NCBI GenBank assembly: GCA_951406725.2
Contig: OX597831.1
Span: 81,964,001 to 82,028,000, forward strand
DNA: 64,000 bases
Direction: 5' to 3'
DNA from: Octopus vulgaris
Taxonomy: Eukaryota
Below, piece by piece: positions 38,451 to 50,400 of the stretch (within the stretch, counting starts at the first letter, position 1; every line of letters begins with the position of its first letter). The translations under genes and the position numbers were made by a program. Under the pieces are notes generated by a model. It had not been told where the DNA came from. It worked only from the letters and a program-made list of their open reading frames with translations, and ran no database searches.

Positions 38451-41400
38451 CTGGAAAATAAAATTTACAGAAAATAGGAAACTGAATCAGAAAAAGCAAA
38501 AAACTGGTTTTAAGAAACATCACTTTTTAAAATTATTACAAAATCGATTAAATTATCAAATATTTCCCCATAAAAAGAAAGATAATGGATTATTAATTAA
38601 ATAATCTCTTTTTGTTTTGTTTTACCCATTACTTGTTTCAGTCAGTAGACTGTGGCCATGCTGGGGCACTGCCTTGAAGGTTTGTAAACATATTGACACG
38701 TGCTCATATTTCTTAAAGCCTGGTACTAATTCTATCAATCACTTTTGCTGAACTGCTAAATTAGAGGGATGTAAACAAAACAACACCAGCTGTCAAACAG
38801 TGACGGTAGATACACACACACATACAATGGGATGAGATGCAGTTTGGTTTTGAACCCAGAAGAAGCATTACTGGTGCCATCTTAAACTGCAGAAGTATTT
38901 AGTCAAAAACAAATCTCTGTACTTGGCTTTTGTTGTCATCAAGAAAGCCTTTGACCGGGTCTTCAACTCCCTTATCTGGTCCTTTGACCAGGTCTTCAAC
39001 TCCCTTATCTGGTGGTCAATGCAGTGTCTGTTTTTACATGATTTCTATGCATGGATTCCCCTTCTAACAGCAAACATTTTACAGTGAGTATTGAGTGCTT
39101 TTCCATACCATCAGCACTCTTGACATCGCCATGCAACCCCAAAGACTAGGAAACCTGAGGGGGGGAGGCTTTGTTAGGAAACAGGGGTTAAAGTATGAGA
39201 GAAGATGGGGAAGAGCAGGTTCTTGTTTTAAGGGAGAAGGAATCAGTCGTAGAAATTTAGTGAAAATGAAAAGGGGAAACATATTACTCTGTCTCAATCT
39301 TCATCATTCGATAGACATGGAATTGGTAATCTCCACTTCCTTGGAACAGTTCTTCATCTGGAGCTAAGTCACAGAATACGGTACAATCGTCTGGAATAAA
39401 TATAAAAAGACATTGATATATATATATATGTATATATATATACAAGGGTGCTACGTGAGCACCTGCACTGCTAAAAATAGAAGTCAAAAATACTTCAGTG
39501 CCACGGAATAATCATAGAATTAATACAAGCACGATAAGAAAAGGTTTGAATGAACAATAAAATCTTCTTATTTCTGCTGGTCAGTTTGATATCAGGATTT
39601 CGAAGTTAGTGCCAAATGGTGCCTGATTCTTGTCAGCCAGCATCACTAAAATTTGCCCCATGCAATGCTCGCAAATTTGTTTGAAGTGGCCAAACACTAC
39701 TCAAACAAATGAAATACATAAATACGAGAGCGATGGTGCTATCAAAATACCATCATTAGTGGAAGCCACTAGTGATGGTATTTTGAAAGTACCATCGCTC
39801 TCGTATCTACTTCCTAGGAAAACATTTTTCCAGCTGGCTATCGACACATGAGTTGGTGTCCGTACATTTGCAAGGGAGGTCATCACTCCCATCTCTAGTC
39901 TTACGTAATACTCACAGACCGAGGTTCCTGGATGTTGTTTGTCTTCAGTGTGAGACAACTACAAGCTAGTGGCAAAACTTGTGTGTTGATAGCCAGCTAG
40001 AAAAAATGTTTTCCTGGGGCTAAAACAACAGTAAAGTCATCCTCTATACGACTGCCACATTCTGTTGGCATATAAACATTGCTATATATATATATATATA
40101 TATAAAATAAGATAAGAAATTGACAAACATCCCTTACAGCCGTTTCAATTCAAGACCTTCAGAAAATTAATAAAATTAAAAATTATTTGAAAGTTGAACC
40201 TCGTCAGAGGTAGTTTAAGATATACAAAATAGGTGTTCAATTCCTGCATGTTGAGTAAAGAGCTGCAAACTGATAACTGATAAAATTTATGTATAAAGAA
40301 CATAGTATAAAACCTGGTATAGACCTTAGAAAGGAGAGGACAAATATTGATGATGAAGATGTTAGTGATGATGATGATGACAAAAGAAATAGGTCACTCT
40401 AAAGAAAACAAGTTTTCTTGAAGTGAAGCCTCAAAATTGTTGACTTTGACTTACCTTTACTGAGTCGTGACAAGGTAAAATCAATGATGCTTGCCTCCAT
40501 ACCCATCAAGGGTAAAGACATTTTGATCCCTTTTATAGAGAAATCGACAACGTCATCAGGGCACGGGTGCACTAATACGTTACCCCAGTGAAGGTCCCGG
40601 TGTTCAAATTTCAGAGCTGACTCAGCAACAGCAAGACTGTAGATGACTTGCAGGAGAATGTTCTTGGCTTGTCGCAAATTGTTGAACTGCAAGAATCACA
40701 GCAAAAGAGAAACCAAGCTATTAAATGTGGTTGTTACAGAAGACACAGGATCAAATACAGAAAGAATCTTTCACAAAAACATAAATCTATTGGTCCCTTA
40801 TGAACCCATTGCAGGAATCCTTATGGTCCTGCCTCACCTGCTAGAAATAATAACTAAATTTCCATTAAATCACATTTCAGTCATTCAAAAAGACTAGGAC
40901 ACGTTAATTTATGTAGTTATAAAGACATTTAAAAACACACACAGAAACACACAGGTGCAACTTTTAAATGGAAAGGGTACCATTTAAACTTCTGAGCTGT
41001 TGCAACTGCTCTCATTAACGTCATCCCATTTTCATGCTAGATAGATCCACCTTCTCGCTACATCACATTATGTGCATAAATCAAGGTGGTTCACATCTGA
41101 TTAAATGGTTATAAGTTCAAACCTAACCAAAGTCGTTAGTTTATATCCTTACTATTGGAACTAATCAGATTTGGCCATCACAAATAGTAGTTTATAGTGT
41201 TGTATGGGAACTACATGAGCGTTACCTGATCAACGTTCAGGGCAGAACAGTTACTTAAATACGTCCCCTGTGTAGAGTTAATCTCTATGAAGATATCATT
41301 ACAGCAGTTATGTAAGATATAAGTCGTTGGTTATAAATTATAAAAATGATCACGTGATAACAGGCACAAACAACCGCCAACACAGTATAAGGGAAATAAC

Positions 41401-44400
41401 TCTAAGTTTTTTTCAACAATGATAAAATAATAATTGTTGCGATTTTAGCCATAGGGACAGTAATTTTGAGGTAGGACGATAACACCATAACCTAATATGT
41501 GACTGGTATTATATTTATCGACAAAGTCTGTAGTGGAGGTGGTTGCTCTGAGAGAGCAGAGGCTAGAATAAGAATAGTCTGGGTAAAGTTCAGGGAGCTC
41601 CTACCTCTGCTAGCAACTAAGGGCCTCTTGCTCAGGATGAAAGGTGAACTGTATGATGCATGTGTGCAAAATGCCATGCTACATGGCAGTGCAACATGGG
41701 CCATGACTGATGAGGACATGCGTAGTCTTGAAAGAAAGGAAGGCCAGTATGATCTGATGGATGGGTAATGCCAGTGTGCATACATGACAGAGTGTAAACA
41801 CCCCGAGAGAAAAGTTGGGCATAAGCAGCACCAGATTTGGTGTGCAAGAGAGACGACTGCACTGGCATGGTCATGTGATGTGTATGGATGAGGACAACTG
41901 TGTGAGGAAATGCCACTTCTTAACTGTGGAAGAGGTAGACCCAAGAAGACATGGGATAAGGTGGTGATGCATGACCTTCGAACATTGAGTCTCACAGAAG
42001 CAATGACAGGAGACTGAGACCTTTGGAAATATGCTGTAAATGAGAAGACCCAGCAATGAAAGTGAGATCGCAGCCACACATGTCCAGCCCAGTTAAGTGT
42101 ACCCCTGATGCGTGATGCTTGAAGATCTGCTGAGTCAAGTAAAACCAATATCGTGGCTGTGACCAGTGCCTCCTGACTGGCTCCCATGCCAGTGGCACAT
42201 AAAAAACCACCATCTGAATGTGGCCGATGCCAGGACCCTGTGACTGGCTCTTGCGCTGGTGGCATGAAAAAAGCACTATCTGAACGTGATTGATGCCAGG
42301 CTCTTGGCCCAGTGGCATGAAAAAAGCGCTCACCACACTCTTGGAGTGGTTGGCATTAGGATGGGCATCCAGCTGTAGAAACTTTGCCAGATCAGATTGG
42401 AGCCTGGTGTAGCTACTGGCTCTCCAAACCTCAGTCAAACCGTCCACCCATGCCAGCATGGAAAACAGACGTTAAACGATGATGATGACCCTGGAGGAAT
42501 GGAAATTAAGAACTATCTGAGATTCTTCTTCTACAACAACAATAATAATACAGAGTACCTCAACAGGCATGATAGTGCAGTAAAGTTCATTGGGTAATAT
42601 GCAAAAACTTAGACCTGTCCCATGATAAAAACTGGTGGGAACACAAACCACCTCCAGTGCTTGAAAATAATCACATCTCACTCCTCTGGAACTACACCAT
42701 TCAAACTGACAGAAAGATAGATGCAAATAGGCCAGACATCATATTGAAAGACTTCAGACAAAGAACATGCCTCCTCATTGATATGACTGTCCCAATCGAT
42801 ATAAACGTATCTGTCAAGACCTACCAAAAACTGAGCAAATATAAAGATCGTGAAATAGAAATCAGCAAAATGTGGAACCTGAAAACTAAAACAATACCTG
42901 TTGTCATAGGTGCCTGAGGAATGATAGCAAAAGGGGCTGATTGCTACCTAACTCAGACAGCAGGAAACTCCAAAATGGCAGAAATTCAAAAGATAGTGCT
43001 CATGGGAACTGCCCATATCCTATGTAAAGTACTGTCGATGTAATCTCAAATTTTAAAACAAACTCATAATTTTCTTCTTTTCTTAAGCATTCTTTAGAAC
43101 AATACTTTGTGCAAAACTAATATGGCACCTTAGGCATAACACCAACATCAACTTCTAACTTGTTGTCTCTCGATGAGACTTGGAGCCAACTTGTACAAAT
43201 ACTAAGCAAAAGCCAAACATAATAATGATAATAATAAATGGTTTGAAATTTTGGCACAAGGCCAGCAATTTCAAGGGAGGAGATCAGTTGATTTGACTGA
43301 CCCCAGTATTCAACTGGTACTTATTCCACTGACCCTGAATGATGAAAGGCAAAGTCAACCATGGTGGAATTTGAACTTGGAACATAAAGACAGATGGAAG
43401 GCCACTAAGCATTTTGCTTGGCATGCTAACTATTCTGTAAGTTTGCTGCTGCTGCTGCTACTACTACTACTACTCTTATTAATAATAAAAATAATAATAA
43501 TAGTGATAACAACAGTTTCAGACTTACACACAAGGTCAAGAAGTTTGAGGAGGAGGAGGAGGAGGAGATTAGAGAATAGCATAAACCTGATTACTTGACT
43601 GGTTCCCGTTTTTTATTAAACCCCTCCCGAACACACTCCAGACAGATGAAAACGCAAAGTTAAAGTTGATGGGAACTGAATTCAAAATGTAAAGAGCCAA
43701 CAGAACAAACATTATGAGACAGATTGTCTGAAGTTGAACTGATTCTAATCAAAATAGTAATAAAGTTACCTTGAAATCTTCCAATGTGGAACCACCATCT
43801 CCAAACTCAAACACCACAAACAGTTGATCAGCTGAGAATATGTCTAGAAATAAAGTCAAAATAAAATTAAGAGCATTTCCTTGCATTTCCTTCCAGAAAA
43901 TTGGTTAACAACGAAGTCAGTGACACAAACCTGACCAAAGTGAAATATTTGGTTCCCATTACCACAACACTGTTGTCCTCTTATATAGAATTAAATGACA
44001 TATCATCATCATCGTTTAACATCTGCTTTCCATGCTAGCATGGGTTAGACGAATGACTGAGGGCTGGCTAACCAGATGGCTGCACCAGGCTCCAATCTTG
44101 ATCTGGCAGTGTTTCTACAGCTGGATGCCCTTCCTAATGCCAACCACTCCGAGAGTGTAGTGGGTGCTTTTTACATGCCACTGGCACGGGGGCCAGTCAA
44201 GCGGTACTGGCAATGACATTGCTCGAATCTTTTTACACATGCCACCGGCACAGGTGCCAGTAAGGTGATGCTGGTAACAGTCACGCTCGAATGGAGGCCA
44301 GATAGCCGCTCCGGCAACGATCAGGCTCAAATGGTGCTCTGACAGGTTAACAATTGCATGCCATTACTAATTACAACATCTTGTATTTGATACAATTATT

Positions 44401-47400
44401 TTCATTTTTGCTTACACCAAAATTAACATAAGCGAGACACAATAATTAATGTGGTATCTATTTACAGCTAACAATACTGAGTCATTTAGAATAAAGTCTA
44501 TAAAACATGGTCCCTCCCAGTTCCATGAGGAGGTAAATGGTGATGTCTCAAGCTGGAAGCTCCTCCAAACACAAAGTTATTTTACAAACTTCATTAACCC
44601 TTTCGTTACCAACCTGGCTAAAACCAGCTCTGGCTCTGTAGTACAAATGTCTTGTTTTCAAAAGTTCTGAATTAAGATCTTCCAACAAACCTTAGTCACA
44701 ATATATGTTCCTAACACCAGCTTAATGATGACTAAGTCATTTCAATAAATTCTTTGTTATCATCATCATCATCATCGTTTAACGTCCGCTTTCCATGCTG
44801 GCATGGGTTGGACGGTTCAACTGGGTTCTGGGAAGCCAGAAGGCTGCACCAGGCCCAGTCTGATCTGGCAGTGTTTCTATAGCTGGATGCCCTTCCTAAC
44901 GCCAACCACTCCGTGAGTGTAGTTATTATTATTATTATTGTTGTTATTATTATTATTATTCATTTTGTTCATCGTGTACAAGTACGTATGTGTTCAATAT
45001 TGTTTTATTCAATTTTAGAAAAACTGAAACATGTCATGGACAATTCTAGAACATATTGAATTTTGTGCATGACTTTTGGCTCATCCTGTATGTATGTATA
45101 TGTATGTATTTTGGCCTGCTGACTTAGTCAGTAGGGTGGCCTCATTAGAAAGCTAAAACGATGCAAAGTGCATTGTGACTAGCGATTTAAAATTAATTGA
45201 AAGAAACACAGAGCATCTCAACAGAAATACGGTAACAAATGGGTTAAATGCTTCTAAAACGAGACTTCCACATTTTCGTTTCTTTTCTCTTTTACTAAAT
45301 TTTCCATCACTGCTGAAGACACCTCAGAAAGTTGGTGACACTTCACAGGCCATCGTCATCATTTTATGGATCAGACAGTTTCTGAAGCAGGATTTCTATG
45401 GCCTTCCTCTTGCTTCCAGGAAAGGGTAACAATTCCCCAGGACCAAACATGTTTTCACAGAAGATTGGAAATGAATGATACTGCTTGTGTAACAGTGACA
45501 CTCATTTACAATAATGATGTGATTTCAAAAGAAGGGGACTGAAACACACAAGTACAGATATGTCTATATATGACAGGCCTCTTACAACTTTGGCCAATCA
45601 AATCCACACATAAGGCTTTGGGAGACCCCAGTTGCCTAAGGCTGCATGCAGTGGTACTGCACCCCAAACCACGGGGTTGGGAAGCAAACTTGTCGACCCC
45701 ATAGCCACCCGTGCACCAGTGTCTCCCCCCTTAGGCAGAAATATTACAGTGAGGTTCATAATTACTACAATCACTAAAACATAATTACATAAAGAACTCT
45801 TTGCCTGTCTTTTAGATATTCTCCAGAGACTAGAAGCAACATGTAATATATATATGTATATATATACTGACCTGGTCTGTCGTTATCAGATTGCTTATTC
45901 TTGTGGAATATATCCCACTGTTTCAGTAATTGAGCTGGGTATTTCCCTTTTACACAGCTTACGCTATAAGGAAAGTGAAAGAGAGATCATAGAATTTTAT
46001 AAAGTTTAAAAGTGGTTGTGGTGATAATGGCAGAAGATAAGCAGCTATTAGTCCTGAGGTCTGTAATCCTGGACGGTTGAGTTGTCGGTGAGTCTCCTCT
46101 CAGCATAAATCAGTCCACCGTATAGCAACGTTGGCCACCAAGCCCTTTTCAGCTGATTTCACTGTGACATCATAACAAATCCAAACGCTGTCCACATATG
46201 TCCACGTGTAGACTACAAAGTAAAGTTTTGGAGTTTCCTTCAAAATCTAAAATCGTTATACCAATTCTGGCAGAAGATTCCGTGGCTGACCATGGCAATA
46301 TCAAAGAATACAGAGTCAACAACCCGTAATACAGATGACCAACACATTGTTGTTGGATGCAGTTGTTGAAGCAGCAGCAGCAGCGCATATTTTAGCAGGA
46401 CAGAAGCTGGGTTCAGTTTTTGCCAATTCCATCATATACCTGCATGGTTTATCTTTACCATTAAATGCTTCTAGAGTTTACCAAAGCCATCGTGTGCCTG
46501 CCTCCATGATATACCAACACCCACGTCTTTTATTATCTAAGACAGACCACAGCAGTCAATAGCCACTTCCAAAGTTAAGACAAAAGAGAGAGAGACACAC
46601 AGACAGACAGACTTACCTGTTCACTGAGATGAAATTCCTTGTCTGCTCCTCAACACCAAACTGCAATTCACTGAGTTCTCTGTTGAAATAAAACAGCCAT
46701 AGTTACCATAGTTATGCAATGAATACTACTACTACTACTACTGTATCCACAATACTTCCACTTGCCAAAGCATGAGATCAATATTCCAAAGAAAAAAAAA
46801 AGGGACAGATGACCAGGAGGTATGACTGGTATTATATTGACCTTGAAGGGAAAAAATACTTAGTCAACCGCAGTAGAATTTGAACCTACAAAATTGAAAT
46901 GCAGAAGTTTTTACAGTCAGAACCACCTCTGCAACCTCAATAACAAGATCAGGGGGTAAACATTTGAATAAATATTTTGGCAGTAAGGAACTGTGGTAAG
47001 ATGTGATCAGTGGTTGTCTACAGCCCACAGTGGTGAGACTTTGCTACTCCTGTTGTTCTGATATAACCACACAAGGCTGCCATATATAATAATAATAATA
47101 ATAATAAAAAGAAAAATGTTGACAGTACATGGAGCTTTGCACCCTAAAAGTAACACTGATAGACTATACTTGTCCAGAAGAAAGGGTGGGAGAGGTCTGA
47201 TCAGCTGCCAGGACTGTCTCGAAGCAGGGAGCTATTGCTGAAATACAAAGAAGGCCAGCGCCATCAAAACTGAGAATTGTGTAATGAAAGAAAAAATTGA
47301 AGAAGAAATGAACACAAAAAAAGTAACAGCATAGAAGGAGAGAGAAATGTATGGTCAGTTCACAAGAGATGTGAACGCCAACACAGATACAGAGTACCGA

Positions 47401-50400
47401 AGGCTATTGATGAGGAGGAGTGACCTGAAGATAGAGATAAAAGCACTCATATGTGCAGCTAAAGAACAAGCATTAAGGATCAACTATATGAAGTGCAGAA
47501 TAGACAGCAATACTGATAGCAACAAGTGCAGAATGTGTGGTGAGAGAGGTGAAACGGTATGGCACATCGTTAGCGAATGCCCAAAATTGGCAAAACGCAA
47601 ATACAAAAGATGCCATGATAATGTGGCAAGAATGATCCATTGAGAACTCTGTGGAAATCATGGCCTACAAAGAGCAAAGATGAGGTATGAGCAAACCCCA
47701 GGAGTCAGCGAGGATGAGAATTGCAAAATCCTGTGGGATGCAATGATCCCGTGCAATCACCTGACCAGACATAGGAAACAAGGCCTGAAATTTGGGGGAG
47801 GAGAATAGTTGATTACATCAACCCCAGTGTTTAACTGGTACTTAATTTATTGATCTTGAAAGGATGAAAGGTAAAGTTGACCTTGGAACATGAAGATGGA
47901 CGAAATACTGCTAAGCATTTTCTCCAGCATGCTAACGATTCTGCCAGCTCAATGCCCTAATAATAATAATAATAATAATAATAGCAGTGAGGGAGAATCA
48001 TAACCATGTATTGAGAGGAATTCTTTGGGGTTTGGATACTTCATCTCTGGAAACATGGGTATCTAATTCAACATCCTTAAACAACCCTTATTCAGGGACT
48101 TTTTGAGCAAGATGGGGTACTCGACCTGAAGAAAATTCTAACTGGGCTCCACTTGAAAGGTCGTGCGCTGGTTGTCTTGATATGAGGTCACCATGTTACA
48201 CACATGGTTGTGATGCATGTGCCTGGTGTACCCTTATAGGATGGGTAGTCATGATGGGTATACTGGGCTGCGTATATTTTACCCCAGTGTCACTTTGATA
48301 GCATGCACTGCCCTTTCACTCAATAATAATAATAAAAAAAGCAAACTTACTGTGAGATCACAATTTCTGGCAGCATCTCCCCAAAGGTTTTCTGTGCACA
48401 ATCATTAACATTAAAGGTACCTTCAATTGGAATGATCTGGAGAAGAAGAAAACATAATTCAGGTAAATGTTAAGAATTCTGATCTTCAATGTAATTAGCA
48501 TTGCAATAAAAGGAGATGAGAATATCAGGAGAACAAAAGAACCCCAAAATTATAGAGGAAGTGGGCATTGTTGCCGTTTTACAGTTGCTTTTAATGTTTG
48601 TAAAAACAGGGTGGTTGGAACCAAATCTCTTTATGGATGACTCTTTATTTCTACAGCTAATTGCTGCTGCCACCACTATCATCATCATCATCATCATCAT
48701 CAGAAATATCTTTGAACTGACATCAGGATACTTGCACAAGTATGAAGGAGAGGGGGGGGGGTAAATTTGTACCTCCTTTCTCTCTTGCTGTTGTCGTTGT
48801 TTGGCCAAAGGTCAGCTCTGACAAAGCTGAATTAGGATCACAGGGGTTCAAACCATGACTAGCTTGTCTTTCCATATACACCAGCAACCACATTGTTCAG
48901 TCTATCCCTCCATCATTTAAGATTTAAGGGACATTTGGCTACTAGTTCTAGCAAACCGGATGACCACTTACAGACTAAATGGTAGTGTTAGAGAGACAAA
49001 AATAAAACTTTAAAATCCATTTTTTTTTAAACAGCAGAGCATGAAAACAAGTCAACTGCAAATGCAAGAAGTAAACTGAACTATTTCTAGGAAATTTTGC
49101 CATCAAAAAATTTGCAGTTAAGAAAGAAAAAATTCTGTTTTCTTAAAATGTCAGCTTCATCGACTAAGCTAGCAATAAGAGAAAGTTAATTTCTTTAAAA
49201 TGAACAAACTAGTTGACAGTCTGCTTATGGGCCTCCTTTATGGTGAAATTTACCACAGCAAAAATGTTTATGGTGAATTTTCCAGACCTGGGCTCAACTG
49301 AGTGAAATATTTCTGAAAAGAAAGGTAAATCTTTGTGTAAAATTGTAGCCTCAGTCGATGATTTATGGAGTATTCATCATCATTTAACATCTGTTGTCCA
49401 TGCTGGGCATGGGCTGGACAGTTTGACCAGGGCTGGCAGGCTGAGGGGCTGCATGAGACTCCAGTTTGTTTTGGCATGGTTTCTATGGCTGGATGCCATA
49501 TAGGCAGCAAGCTGGCAGAAACGTTAGCGCGCTGGGCGAAATGCTTAGCAGTATTTCATCTGTCGTTACGTTCTGAGTTCAAATTCCGCTGAGGTCGACT
49601 TTGCCTTTCATTCTTTTGGGGTCGATAAATAAATTACCAGTTTCGCACTGGGGTCGAGGTAATCGACTTAATCCCTTTGTCTGTCCTTGTTTGTCCCCTC
49701 TGTGTTTAGCCCCTTGTGGGCAGTAAAGAAATATATGGCTGGATGGCCTTTCCTAATGCCAACCACTCCAAGAGTGTACTGGGTGCTGTTCTGCACCACC
49801 GGCACAGATGCGTGACACCAGTATCTGCCATAACTAGGATTTCACTTGGCTTGGTGGGTCTTCTTCTCAAGCACAACATAAAAAAAAAAGAAAAAAAGAG
49901 AGAGAGAAAAAAAGCTGTAACTTACTTTTAGTGCCACAGACTTTTTATGTTTGGTTGTTCGGAAAACTTCTCCATACACACCTTCACCAATCTTCACACA
50001 TTTCTGCATAACACTGCAACAGAATGAAAATACTCAAAGCCTGGAAGGACAGATGGGAAGTTGACTATCCATCACCTTTTTTACAATGGATCAAAAGAGG
50101 GAAGAACAGCACCCATGAATGTTTTTTAAGATTTCAAAGACTGATGGCGAGTCTCCTGATATTTATGACGGGGAACTGAGCTGAATTTTTACAGCAGAGT
50201 GGATACTGTTAAAAGCACCCCAGGACCAGATCCTGCTAGAGTTACCCCAGGACCAGATCCTGTTAGAAATACCTCAGGACCAGATCCTGCTAGAGGTACC
50301 TCAGGACCAGATCCTGTTAAAAGTACTTCAGGACCAGATCATGCTAGAGTTACCCCAGGACCAGATCTTACTAGAGTTACCCCAGGGCTAGATACTGCTA

